A stretch of 64,000 nucleotides of DNA from NCBI GenBank assembly GCA_905178155.1, contig CAJINV010000007.1:1841151-1905150 (forward strand), given 5' to 3'. The translations under genes were made by a program, and so were the position numbers. Below the pieces are notes generated by a model that was given only the letters and a program-made list of their open reading frames with translations, ran no database searches and had not been told where the DNA came from. This document shows, piece after piece, positions 51,012-64,000 of this stretch (its first letter is position 1; every line of letters begins with the position of its first letter). Source of the DNA: Amoebophrya sp. A120. Taxonomy: Eukaryota; Protista; Dinoflagellata.

Positions 51012-51342
51012 ATATGACAGGGAGGAGATCATGTCGCAGTCACTTACTCCTGCACGACTTCTCTTTCTTTGTATCATCTTCATCTTGATCTTCTAGAAGA
51101 CGAGGTCAACCGCAACGTCATTGCTTCTGGAATGACCACCCAGTTGATATATCCTTTCTTTGTTGTACAACTACAAAAGAATCAACGGCCCATGTGCTGT
51201 CCGCTTCAACTTCATGAAGCCAGAGCCTGTGTTCAAGTCGGGTAATCGTACCAGCAGGCGTGTGCTCCTGCTGCGCCAAATTTATGGTCGAGAGGGAGAG
51301 GAGGGCCCGGGATATAGAGGGAAGCAAGCACTTCTGGCAATG

Positions 51343-51568
51343 CTTCGATCTCGATTTCCTTCGATGGTGAAGTTAGTGTTTAATTATATCTTTCTCGGGA
51401 TTTTGTTTGTTGCGTTTGCGCCACCTTGATGGCCACGACGGAGGAAGTCGCAACCCTTCGATCTCGATTTCCTTCGATGGTGAAGTGTTTAATTATATCT
51501 TTCTCGGGATTTTGTTTGTTGCGTTTGCGCCACCTTGATGGCCACGACGGAGAAAGTCGCAACCCTTC
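51343..51568 (+). repeat. Near-perfect tandem duplication, period about 113 bp
   Basis: cttcgatctcgatttcc...aagtcgcaacc starts at 51343 and again at 51456. One 4-nt indel and one substitution seen. Confidence 0.93.
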
Positions 51569-51595
51569 TTGTAGTTGCGGCCAGCATCGTGCGTC

Positions 51596-54056
51596 ATGTT
51601 TTTTGCCATCCGGGTCCGTCATTATGAGGGTCCTCGCTGTGATGAAATGTCAATGTTGAGGATCTCGATGGGAGCGTCGTGGTCGCACGCCGGCTAATAT
51701 GTTGTTGACAAACAATTTATAGACCGAGATGAAGATTGATATTTCCGACTTCGAAATCAAAAAATAGCATGATGAAGATCCATAGTCCGTCGTGCATTGC
51801 ACATGCACTGAAGTAGCATGCTACATATGTCGTGGTCTTCACGAACAAAAAATAGCGAAAAAGATGTACGGAGGCGAGCGAGTCGGCATTGCCGCCTGTC
51901 CAGTGTGCGACCGAGTTTTCCGGCCTCGCACAGAATCCGTGGACGCGCGTGCGTGCCTCCGGCAGCACATCCGACAGCTGGCGCAAAATGGTTGCGACCA
52001 GCATCTGGAGCTTCACGCCAGTAACTACCTGAATCCGCATGCACCGCACGGTTCATCGACTCTGTTTCCTCTGCCTTTCGGGTTGACTCCGGAGCAGACC
52101 GCGGCAGCGCGGGCGGAGCGCGAAGCTGTGCGGGCGGCTGCCCGTTTGCAGGAGGAGGAGAAACGGGCTGCGCGGAAACTCGCCCGGGAACTGTATTCGC
52201 TCGCCCAGGGGGGCCACGATCTCGGCCGTTTGGCGGACCTGCTGGATTTGGATTATTCTGTGGTGGTGAGCGAAGACCAGAAAAAGAAAGCGTGCGGGTC
52301 TCTGCTACACCGGTACTATCGTCATTTGTTAGAAGTGCAGGAGGTCGCTGAGGAAGCAGAGAAGCAGGCACAGGAACAAGCAGAGGATGTCGAAGACGAC
52401 GAAGAGCTTGATCATCTTGAAGAACAACATGAAACTGCCACCGCAGTAGACTGTTACAACGCACATAATGACAATTCAAAAAAGCGCAACAGTACCAATA
52501 GTCGAATAGTAAACACGGCGGGCGACACTGGCTCATCTCTAGGAGCATCTAACTCGACCACCACTGCCGCGGCCTCCACACCCAGCACGGAGGCTAGTGC
52601 AGGTTCACCTTTGGAAGATGAGCATCACCATCAGCGTCTTGCTTCTCCAAATGAGGAGGTGGATCATCGTGGGACAAGCACAAGCACCAACTCAACAACG
52701 TCTAACAGCAGTCTTGCCATTGCTCGCGCGGCGAATAGGAGCAGCGCTATTTCAACGATTGGAGCAAGAAATGTCGACGCAGATGAATCTGAACCAGCTG
52801 CAGCTGTCGCGACCACGACAGTAAATGTAAATGCGAATGGCAAGAAGCTGGTGAAAAACAGAAATGACTGCTACTCGTCCCTCCTCGACGCAAATAGGAA
52901 GCATCGGAAAATCCTGAATCTGAACGCTGGCGGAGAAGACGGCTACACGCCACTGATGACAGCCTGTGAAAATGGGAAAACTTCTGTCGTCAAACTCCTG
53001 CTGTGGACATTGGCCGACGAGGAGGCGGAGGCGGAGTCGCTACAGCCTCACACGGACAGGCTGCTCGTGAAGAAAGACGAAATAAAGGAATACTCCCAGC
53101 GAAAATCGCTCGTGGGGCGGGTGCGTGGTTGTACGGATCGTGAGCCAGCGCGAAGTGTTGAAACCGGAACCGCATTTGCTCGGGTGGCTGCCGTGCCGGC
53201 ACAACTGGGCTTTCTACCAACTGCATCTTCTGGGAACAACTCCTGTTCGGCGCAAGAAGAACAATTATTGGCCCTTGAACAGGCAGAACCTGGGATGCAC
53301 TTGCAGGTGCGCGTGGTACCATCGGAATTCCACCATTGGGGCACGTCGTTTGAAGAGCGCCGTTTTGTAGACTATACCTTTTGCCGCAACACGCCGAAGG
53401 AGCAGCCGGTCGAAGATCCGAAGCGCAGACCAGACGACAAGAAGCTACAGCTACACCTCGCGAACGCGTACGGGCAAACGGCGCTTTCCCTTGCCGCGAC
53501 CAAGGGCCACAAGCAGATCGTGCAGATGTTGCTGAAAACCTTCTCCGAACAGACCACGGCCAACAAGCTCCTGCCAACCATGGAGCAGAAGAACACGAGG
53601 CCGGTGCAGAAACACCCGGTGGAAAAAAAGTGTTTCAGTTTTTTCGAGACCGGAAACCCCGCGGAGGAGGCCCGGAAGGTGGGGCACTCGGAAATTGCGG
53701 ATCTGATCGCGGAGGCTGCAACCGGGTGGCAGAAAAAGTATTTCGAGCTGGCGCAGAAGGACTGGACAAACCTTCCGGAGAAAACCTACGACTCCCTTGT
53801 CGACCGGTGCGTGGCTTTCTGCGCGAAAACCATGGGTGTGCACGTCCGGCCCGTTAACCACGGGGCGGGAGACCAGCCGCTGGCCGGTGGCGCACCGCTT
53901 TGCTTTTTGTGTTTCACCGAAGAGGTGAACGCGGCACTGGTGCCATGCTTCCACTGCAAAACCTGTTACGCCTGCGCACAGGAGCTGCTGCGCCGGAATG
54001 AGCCCTGTCCCTTCTGTCGAGTCGCATGCACCTCGGTGCAGCGGATGTATTTGTAA
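51596..54056 (+). CDS. Ankyrin-repeat + C-terminal RING protein (putative E3 ligase) with an N-terminal zinc finger; probable exons 51596-51613, 51786-54056
   Basis: GYTPLMTACENGKTSVVKLLL, GQTALSLAATKGHKQIVQMLL, GHSEIADLI; RING CFLCF..AALVPCFH..CYACA..CPFCR; CPVC..H. Start exon inferred. Confidence 0.85.
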
Positions 54057-54920
54057 ACGAAGTACTTAGTGTTCTCGATGCTTAGCGATAGAAGTATATT
54101 TTCAGTTTGGGTTAGGTTTTGCAGTTTTGGAAAAGGGCTGTAGCTGAGTACTCACATTTTGGTGGAAAGAGACAAAACTTGCGTGTAACAATGCTGAAGA
54201 TCGTAGCTGCTTTTGTGCTACAGTACTTATGTTGAAGAGCTCCACAACGCCGCCACGTCTGGGCGCCTAGCGAAATAAAGCAGATATTGTGTGCAAATGA
54301 ATACGAAATCGAAAACAAGTCTCCGCATACAACAACTAAGTTAAAGCGTAGCGGATTGCAGCGAAGAGCACGAGGCAGTCTCTTCCTCATACAAACTGCA
54401 TTCTTTTCTTTCTGGGAGGCGTGAATCTGCCGCATGTGTCCTTGCTGCTTGTGCTTGCGGTGCTGTGACATAATTCTGTGGTCGCGAGGGCGAGGATTTT
54501 TTTTTCCGTTTTTTGATTCATCCTGAGCGATGAGACTGGAGAATGGGGCAATGGGATGGCCCTACAAGTCAGAGATGGCAGTAGAGGGACGAGAGAGCCG
54601 ACTGAAACTGATGGCGCAGCAGTAATACACGTACCTGATGAACTACCAGGACAAACGGATTATTTATGTCGTGTGCAAGACTGCAGTGGTCACTAGTCAC
54701 TTTTTAACAAGCAACTCGACCACGAGCCGTCAAGAATACAACCGGTTTGTCTTTGTTTGAGCACCACGATATTCATAAATAAGCAGCAGCTTTTCTATAT
54801 TTCAGTTTCTGTTTCTAATGAGTGAGTTGCATGAACAGAAACAGTAGCACCAGAACATTCACTTTTACACAGATGATACTTTGTTCCGCGAAGTAGAACT
54901 ACACGTGAAAAAATAAGAAA

Positions 54921-56693
54921 ATGCATTCTGACGAGCAGGACCGTCTTCGGCCAGACGAGGCAGAGGACCAAGACTCTTGCGTTGAGGTAACCCTTCGCGA
55001 GGACAGCGAGAATGAGGCCGGGGGCGGGTATTCTGGCGGCGACCCGTTTCTGAATGAACAAAAGGCCGCAGGGGAGCAAAATTATCGACAGGGGTCATCT
55101 AGCAGGACAATCACCTTCACTGCGGAGGATGTAGACGAGATTTTTGCGACAAAAAGCGAAGAGGGAAACAAGTCCAGCGACGGTGCGCAGGCGAAGTTTC
55201 TGGAGCAATTTAAAAATATTGCAGGAAGCGGAACTAGTGGGAGGGACGAGGCACGACGGCCCGTGGGGAGGCCAACCTTTCCAAACAGTGAGGCGCCAAT
55301 CGGTGCTACAGCCGTCGCGACACTCAAGAATTCTGGTGGAGCTGCTGGACAGAGCGGCGGAGAAGAAGACGAGCAATCTACAGAGGTCACTGATATGGAT
55401 GTGTCAGAGTTGAAATCGACAAAGTTGAAATAATTTGCCATGCATAAAATGGATGCCAGTTGGAACCCAGTTTCCAAGTGGCGCATGACAAATTTCGGCG
55501 GTCGCTAAATCCAGTTTGTCATGCTGTTTAGGCAAAGAAGAGCGATTCTCTCATGCTACTTTAGCAGCTCGAGCTTTAACCCCAAACAGGCTTACAATGG
55601 GCCTCACTTGCCTGCTCTGCAACGCACGTACCTCGGGTCATGCATTTTATGCATAACAAATTACTTCAACTCTGACGATTTCAAACCTGACGCTTCCATA
55701 ACTGATGTCGTCCCAATAGAGTACCAGCTCTGCGAGTTTTGCTGCATATGAACTGCAAAAGTATCGTACTCGTATAAATGCATTACAAATTTCATCAGCA
55801 TGAAAAATAAGATTTGTAATGCTGATTTGCCTTCAGACAAAAAAAATGCAAGACTTGCATTTATACGAGTGCGATACTTTTGCACAGGATACTGCAAAGT
55901 GGAAAGCAAATCACCGAGCCCAACTTTCTCGAGCCGATTGGTGCTCATCCAGACGTCGCAAACAGACACTGGCGCTACGGGCGGCGGGGATTCAAATTAC
56001 CACACGGGAGGAGACGAACACCAACAAGAAAACGGGCAGCAGGAGGGGCAAGAAAGATTTCAGGTGGAGGAGGACACCTACACGTACACCTCCGCTCCAT
56101 TCGTGGACAAATGTGGCGGCGCCGGGGGTCGTGGGGGGAGACAGCAGGACGGCGAGAAACATCAAGGAGTGGGAGAACAAAACAGCTACCACGACAGTCT
56201 TGGAGGTTATCATGTCAAAGACCATGATCAAATCCTCGCGAAGACGCGGACAAAACCGGCGACCGCCAGCACGCTGCTGACCGCAACTCCTGGGCCCAAC
56301 TTCGCAAAAACCGTGTGCACGTTCTGCGAGAAGCCCATCTGTCTGGATTGCATCCGGAGTTTCCGGTGCAATCACCCGCTGGACTGCTGTTTTCCGAGCC
56401 GGCGATGGACAACCAACAGTTACTGCGACCGCTGCTTCATCGCGGAGCGGGAACGGAGGATACGAAGACACACCACGACCATGCGCACACCGGCGACCGC
56501 AGATAGCTACATGCGCAGCTCCGTGCACGTCGCGACCGGAAAACATTTGCGGTCACCTGCGTCGAGCAAGGAGAGGTCGAGCAAGGAGAGGAAAAGCAAG
56601 GAGCGGGTCGCACGACCGGCGCAACCGCAATCACTGCAAGAACTGGAGACAACCACGGAGGTTGGTGTCACGGCACCGGCCAATCGCGTGTAG
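54921..56693 (+). CDS. Unknown protein with a Cys-rich zinc-binding region; exons 54921-55393, 55706-55746, 55897-56693
   Basis: The frame is continuous after removing two introners. Contains CEFC...CTFCEKPICLDC...CDRC. Confidence 0.75.
55394..55700 (+). mobile_element. Introner family A (307 bp), TSD ACTGA
   Basis: Colinear with 7418-7724, about 16 substitutions by eye. Removal gives TEVTDVVPIE. Confidence 0.94.
55747..55891 (+). mobile_element. Introner family D (145 bp), TSD CTGCA
   Basis: tatgaactgcaaaagtatcgtactcgtataaatgca pairs with tgcatttatacgagtgcgatacttttgcacaggata. Removal gives EFCCKVES. Confidence 0.93.
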
Positions 56694-59675
56694 TAAAGGG
56701 TAAGGGATGGACATGGAGCATCAACAAAGAATTTCAGCCCTCGGTCCCATGGAACCGATGTCGGTAGAAGTTGATGTTCAACAGCATATTATGCTCTTCC
56801 TATTATTGTGAAAGTGTTGTGAGTGTGACACATTTGCGCATGATGGATAGATGGTAGAACTGCACAACGCTCACGTGTGTTGAATGTGACGCTGAAGACC
56901 TACGCGGCACGCGGTATGATAACAACTTCCTAACTGCGAGCTTCTCTTTCTTTGAGCTGAAATTCACCACACACGACGATTATAAGATTCATTAGGCAAT
57001 AAACAATCACACACTGACAGTTCGAAGGGCATTTCAGAACCTTGTCGAAAACTGGTCACATGTGCAATGTCAGATGTCGATGTGTTTACGTCTTCAGAGC
57101 GAAACAAGCCCTTGATTGATAAATGATTTTCCGCTGATTTTTCGTGCACTGAGACTTGTCTTTCTTTGTGGATAATCTCACGACCTTCGTGCACGACCAT
57201 CGATGCACAACAAGCATTGCGCCGCATGGTGCTTGCAATGTTGATGCGACCACATCAACGTCACTACTGCACTTGTGGTGGTCTTCGAAAAGTTGTAAAG
57301 TAGTTTCCAATTCGTTGGATCTCCAGCTCTCTTCTATTATATGTAAAACCATATCTCCCCCCGTTGCGGCTAAGTAGTATAAATAAAAGCTGGGAATAAC
57401 ATGATCACACGGCGCTAGCGATTCATGTGGTTGCAGCTCCATGCGGGACGTCGTCGTCGAAATTGCATTGTGGAGGTGTAGAAGACGCTGAAGATGCTAC
57501 TTAGAGTAAACAAACGAAAACCCTGCTAACAAGGAGGACAAGCGTTGCGCTAGCCCCTCGTCTGCTCTCGTCTGTGTACCATTTTTACAGATGAAGATGA
57601 TGTCGTATCGAAGGATGTTCACAGCTGGTGCGCAATACTTCCCTGATCCAATTTTTGCGCTTGAAAGTTGGCACTGATATTTTTTTTGCATGGATTATCC
57701 CGTGTACAGTGAATGGTGCCTGTGTTCAACATCGGAGAAACTGGGTCAGCTCTGCTGCTGAGCGGCGTCCTCGGCGCTCGCGTCCATTTTTGAGTTGTTG
57801 TTGTTTCTCGAATGCAAAAAAGATGCTACATATTAACACAGAGCGCTACACTACGAACTATGTACGAATATATATTTTTTTTCGCTTTTGTTCCGATTTG
57901 CAGTCGTCGACTGCGTAGATGCCGATATTAGCGATAGAAAATACCTGCACAAAAAGGACGGCGCGTCAGACAGTACATCGACCTGCTAAGTTGAGCGAAA
58001 GCGTCGGCAAACCGAAACCAGCAAAAGTAGAGCTCTCGTCCAATTTTTTAGGATAAGGTACTTATTTCCTGGAAGAATAGTTGTGCACGAGGATCGATAA
58101 TATACGTACTTGCAAGAAAACTGATATTCTTGCTTTCTTTGTAGTTTGTCTCTTTTGCACAAAAAGTTCTCACTCTAGGTCAGTGATTGCGTAGAGGGCA
58201 AGACCTGGACTTTTTTTGTTGTTTGTACGTTTAGCAAAGCTCCGACGCTATTTCGCCAGCCGGTGCTCGTTTCGCAAGGTTCTCCATTTTTGTTTTCTTT
58301 ATTACTGAATACAAATACTCGTCGTGGGTGCACAACTGGCACAGGCACTGACCATCAATCTTCGAAAAAAATCTCCAAACGCAATAGCTTGAAGGTGGCT
58401 ACTTTTTCCCCCGTCGTAAGTTTGTTGTCGGTGGATAAGTTGTGAAAGCAACCTTGACTTTCTTGTTTTGTGATATTTTAACTGCGAAATATTCTTGCAT
58501 AATCTGAAATTTTTATTTAAATTGAAATCAATGTAAGATCGGAAGTCGAGATATCATCATTGCTTCCTCTTGATCGTTTTCGTCATCCTTCGTCAGCTTC
58601 CGATCACCTCGCTTCTGCATCCAAGCATCTCCGGGGAGCCGTAAGGAATCCCGGCCACGACGAACAAAGCATCTACTGCTTTACTATTGCGTGTGGGACC
58701 GACGTCTACCTGAGGATTCTTTTTCGAAAATAGTTGTTTCTGGACGAGGTCGTCGTGTACTACAACTAGCGGAAGTAGAAGGAACGGTAACGGAGAGGGC
58801 AGGAAACGTTGACGTGAAGAAAGGACGAACGAACGGCGAGACGGTTTCAGTTGTGCGCTAGGCGGCAACAGTTATATCGGAAAGAGGAGCTGGCAAAGTT
58901 AAAGTAGAACTTTGGAACCGCAACCGATTTTGTGTACGACCTGTGTAGAAGGAATTGTCAATCGAGCTCGAGGTCCGGACGGTGTAAAGAACGTCGGGAC
59001 GAACAAGGGACACATCTTCATCATCCTTGGAGGCTTATTAGTACCGATTGAAAATAACCGGGAACATTTGTCCACCGCCGATTTCGACGTACTTTTTCTC
59101 TCGGATTTTGAGAACTTTTTTGTGAAGCAGAAAATACGAAAAACAGTGCAGCTGTCATTAAACAAGAATATTACCAGCAGCTCATCTACGACGTACTTCT
59201 GGTCTTGCAGTCCGAGGACGACAGCAGATCACGCGGGAGGTGAAGAACAAGAAGCGAGTGCGAACTACACGACTGGGACAATAGCAAAGCGCAACAGTTT
59301 CCTCGGGGTTTCCCAAGAACAAGAACTCGTCAAGCCATAACAAAAACAATAACGTGACGTGTGAATAACGTGGAAAAGCAAATACCTGCCTAGACAAATT
59401 TGTGAAGAACGAGGAAATTTAACGTGGTGGTGGTTTCTTAGTCTTAGTGGTACTACGACTAAGACCTCTACAACTCAGATGTATCATCAGGCTCACCAGA
59501 AACATCTTCACTGAGAAACCAGACTTGACGTTGTCGTCCCGAACAAGTACTGAAATAGCAGAAATCGTCGATACGGTTTCGGTTTGCAGCTGGTGCAATG
59601 TAGCCACCAAACCAGATCTACAACATCTTCAACATCTACTGCAGAATCATCTCCGAGGCAGAGCAGGCTGGTGAG

Positions 59676-62600
59676 ATGACAGGCTCTATTGAAGAGACCA
59701 GCACGAGTGGCAGTGTCAAGGCGACCTCTGCCGGGTTACATCAGATCGAAAGTTGCACCGCTGGTGGTGGAGCACAGCAGAACTCCTCCGAGACGGTGAT
59801 GACGTCCCATGGAGACGCTGAACAGAAGCACCCGAACACGGATTCTTCGTCTGTCAACAAGAACTCAAGCATGACGAGCTGCAACAGTCTCACGGTCGTC
59901 GCAACGCCGAGCGCTGCGGCAGCCAACAACGCGAATGCGTGTCCTCAGCTCAAGAATATGATGCATTTGACCCCTCCTGCTGGTGCGGCAGGAAATACAA
60001 ATAGTTTTAATCTCCCACTTCGCCTACCCTCCATGATGGGTAGCTCACCAAAGTCATCCTCCGTGGCCAACAGTGCTGGCTCTTTGACATGTGCACCTCC
60101 AAATGGTGGAGCAGATGGTGGCGCGCCGCATGCAGAGCAGCAGCGACAAATGAATTTGAATTTCAACAATTCGCTACTCTCCCTTGTGCCGCCCTCTACG
60201 ACCTCCACCTCGCAGCATCAGCCACTACAGTCCTTCATCACGGCCGCACAGCTACCATCCACTCAGTCCATAATTTCATCGGAGCAGACCGGGATGAACA
60301 ACAACAATCCCTTATTTGCTGCATTCGGTGGCGGATTTGGTCTTGCTGGAGGTGACCCTACTCTTCAGCAACAGTTGATATTTGCGGGAACATCAAACTG
60401 TGGTGCGGGCGGAGTTGCCCAAGTAGAATCCGCTTCGGCACCAGCCTCAGGTTCATCGTCTTCCGGTCTCAGCGACCATGGTCATCTTGGGCAGCAACAA
60501 CTTTCAAGCGGAACTATCGACCAGATGATGTCGGCAAACTCCATGATTTCGGCGAGTTCGTCTTTAACCGCAGGTGCTCCTGGTCCACATGAACACCAGC
60601 TCTTCGTTTCTACCACCTCCTCTGCGTCGATCGGTCCCCCCCTGGTTTCTGCGAATTCTGTGGAAGAAGTAGATGTTCCGCGTCCCTCGAGCTCCACCCC
60701 CTCAGTGGATTTGTTCAACCTTGTTGCCGGCGTAGTTGGCTCAGCTACAACAACTTCGCAGCTGCAAACGACCCCGGGCGAACAACAGCAGCAACAGCAA
60801 CAGCAAATGACGTCGCAGCAATTCCAGCAGATTCAGGAGAGTCAAATGGAAACGCAGAAGCTGCTCGAACGCTGCAACGTGATCAGTTCCAACACGAACC
60901 ATTTGACTGGCGGCGGGGATCATCCGATGAGCAGGAGTGCGTGCGTGGTGACTGAGGTGCACCAGAAAAACCAGAACAGTGGGAGTGGTTGTGCTAGCTC
61001 GGCCGCAGGAGCTGCAGAACTGTCAGGAGGACGCGCCGCGACTGACGCTGCCAGCATCGCGATAAAGGTAGGTGGAGGGGGGCCTCAAAACAGCAACTCT
61101 CTTAGCAAGAAGAATGACCAGGCCCAGGCGGGAGGTAGTACAACAACTAGCACAGCAGGCACTACATCACAACAACAGACGAACCCGCACATCACAAAAA
61201 AACCGCCGCAGCCGCCCCCTCCGGTACCGACGCCCCCGCCCGCGAACTATGCTACTTTCAACTTGCACAATTTGAACTTCGGATCATCTTCTACCGGAAA
61301 TAACCCTAGTAACTTCGGAGGTGGAACTGCTGGTCCTCTTGCACCTACATCCTTCTTGCCACCGCCGCCGATGCCGCCCCTGCCGAATCAAAACATCAAT
61401 ATGATGGGCGCAGCATCGTGTAATAACCCAACTGCGCCGCAGCTGATGAACAACAACAATGAGCTTATGCTCCTGCGAAACAACACCACAGGTAGTGCCG
61501 GATCTATCGGCTCGTCTAACATGGTCACCGTCACACCTTCGCCCGGCGCTGGCGCAATGATGAACAACAAGGGCGCCTCCAGTGATATCAACTTTCTTCC
61601 GGGACACCAGCCCGTTTATGGGGCAGGTCAGAATAACTTGGGTGGCGGTGGAACTGGAACTTCAACTACACTAAACAATGCGGCCAACTACGTCGCAAGT
61701 AATGTACCTACTCCGCCCCCGCCTCCCGTTCTTGTTCCCCAGCAGCTTCACCTCTATCGAAGAAAAAAATTGTGTTAGTGTAACTTTCTTTGGCCGACAG
61801 CATCACAAACTTGCTCTACATAACAGATAAAACCTGTCACGCGTGGCTTGTAAGGGAAAACGCACAGCAGGAGCGGAGGACTTCATGGCTGTCTGGCATG
61901 TTGACAGGCGCGACTCTGTTGCGAGTTTCTGCATTACAGAGTTACACTTAGACAGATTTTTTCTTGCATAACCTCGACCTTGTAGGCAACAGCATGATGC
62001 TGAACCCGCAACAGTTAAACTGTTCATCTTCAATGTCGCAGTTTCTCCTACCGTATCAAATGCAGCATCAAACTGGCACCAGTGCTGCGCCAGCGAGTAG
62101 TACTAATATGTTGAATCCAAACGGCGCCACTGGGGGCGTTTTTCTTGGAGGTGCAGGAGCAGGTGGTGTTGTGGCCGCTCCTTTCTCGCAACAGCAGCAG
62201 CTACAGCAGCAACAGCCTCTGGCGTCCTCGACATCGTGCGACGGAGCTGCAGCACCAGCGTTCATGATGAATAACAATAACCCAAACCCTACTCAACAAC
62301 AGCAACAGCAATCTGCGGATAACCTTCGGGAATTTGCGATGTCCTTCAATTCCTCGACCTCGGCCGGGGGATTTGGGAACTCCCCGGGCTTCTCGCCCTG
62401 CTTCGTTGCGCAGCCGCAGCTGCAGCAGCCCGGCGGATCAGGAGCAGGGGGAAGCTGCCTGAAGGGAGTGGTCGGAAACGAAAACATGTCTGCTGGCGGT
62501 GGGGTCGTTCCGTTGTCGAGCGGAGATGTTGGAGGCGCGGCGTTTACAGCAACGGGTGGTGCACCAGGCTGCACGAATTTCGTTGCGCCGGGGGCGCAGT

Positions 62601-64000
62601 TGCCGCATGGGTCCTCTTTTGGATCGAGTTTCAACATGGACACACAGAATATGAATGTCCAGCAGCAATTTCTTCATCAAGGCGCTCCGAACCCGAAGTC
62701 CATGCAGCCTGAACAAATGTTGACTTGGACGATGAACTCCAATGGAGGTGTCAATCAGCAGCAGCTTTCGTCGCAGTCGCAGCCTTTCGTTCCGCAGCAG
62801 CAGCTCCTGCAAGACCCGTTATTTGACAATAGCCTGATGATGAGCAAAAATTCTGATCAGCTCAACCAGAACCAGTTGTGCGGAGGCGGTGGACAGCTAT
62901 ACAGCAATTCCGGAAGCGGACGACCGCCTCTAGGACCAAATACGACCGCAGGAAGCACCACTGGAGGCAAAAGCAACAATCTCTTTGGTAATTTTTCAAA
63001 CAGCGCGCACTTCCAACAGCAGCACGGGGGAGGCCCTGGGCCTCCGCTTAACAACCACTCAGTGCCGGGGGGTAAGAACCAGCAGCTTCCTCGAGAAATC
63101 AACTTGTCCACCAGTATCAACATCTCCGATCGGTACAATAACTTCAACAAGAATTATCGCGAGGACCTCCAGCAGAGTATGGGAACAACCAAGAACCAGA
63201 ATAGTAACTACAACGACATGAATTACCAAGCTCCATTCAGTGCGATCGAGACTGAACATTACAGCCGTGGGCTGGTGCCCGCTTCGTTCCTGTGTCACCA
63301 GCACAGCAAGGGAGGTGGATGCCCGGGCAGCGAGAGGACTACCTCCCGTGGAGGGGGCAAAGGTACTACTACCCGAGGAATGAACCATGGCAAGATGTCG
63401 GCGCAGAACAATAAACATGCTGGCGTCCGCGAAACGAGTAGTGCCGGTTATCATGCTTTTTCAGCGTCATCCACATCCGCGGTGCTGTTGAACGATGCCA
63501 ACTACTTACCGCCGGCGCGTGGTTGTGGTCAGGGAGGTAATTATAACGGCAAGCAGGGCGGCAAAATGCAATTGGGAAGCGGAAATCAGCAAGACAAACC
63601 ATTCATGTTCGCATCGGATAAAAATGGTAGTTACAACGCTAACTACAGCAACAGCGCCTCTGCCTCTGGCCAGTATAATCAGCAGCAGAACTACAATCTG
63701 GCCCCTGACGGCGCACCAGGTTCTTGTTCGCGGGGAGCAGGAGGTGGAGCCTCAGGTCGTGGACGCCGCAAGTGGTCTGTCTCGTCAAGCGGAGCAGGCG
63801 CAACTGCTAGCGGCACGGGGCTCATTCTGCAGAGCATGAATCACCATGCAGCTGCTGGTGCCGCACCACCGCAATTGTACCAAGATGAAATCAACATGAA
63901 GAATTATATAGGGAATGATCATGATGATCAGAGCTACAGCTATGGACAAGGAGCGCTTTCTCGTCGTGGAAGCTGCAAGGGTGGTGCGGGAGCTGGTGGA
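59676..64000 (+). CDS. Very long low-complexity (Q/N/G/S/P-rich) protein, continuing beyond the window; exons 59676-61754, 61976 to the end
   Basis: The 700-aa ORF continues in frame (QLHLDLVGNS) after the introner and appears to stay open to the window end. Confidence 0.75.
61755..61970 (+). mobile_element. Introner (216 bp), TSD ACCTC
   Basis: tatcgaagaaaaaa..agtgtaact pairs with agttacact..ttttttcttgcata. The frame is restored on removal. Confidence 0.9.

Noticed and set aside
1-64000. tRNA/rRNA genes and dinoflagellate spliced-leader relics
   Set aside because: None recognised by eye. A covariance-model search was not possible.

Overview
Eukaryotic genomic DNA, most consistent with a parasitic syndinean dinoflagellate of the Amoebophrya type. 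This is an inference: all recognisable genes are on the + strand, proteins carry long low-complexity insertions, and many introns are non-canonical and repeat-bounded. Genes: 3' part of a GH7 cellulase, CCT7, a RING-TPR-J-domain protein (DNAJC7-like), NOP2/NSUN1, a TMEM87/GPR107-like protein, eIF2B epsilon, an ankyrin-RING protein and several unknown low-complexity proteins. The dominant feature is a set of 13 complete (one decayed) and 1 partial introner elements of 145-314 bp inside coding exons. They have TAT...ATA termini, terminal inverted repeats (TIRs) and 5-bp target-site duplications (TSDs). Removing the element plus one TSD restores the reading frame, yet the intact copies offer no GT-AG register. 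The most unusual observations are: (1) an insertion nested in the GH7 introner carries an apparently intron-less copy of that same exon junction; (2) one introner family has an interior that flips while its arms keep transcript polarity; (3) a GCATNACAAA motif is shared by unrelated introner families and survives in ordinary introns. There are also two PIF/Harbinger-like non-autonomous elements with terminal hairpins. All calls were made by eye, without database searches.
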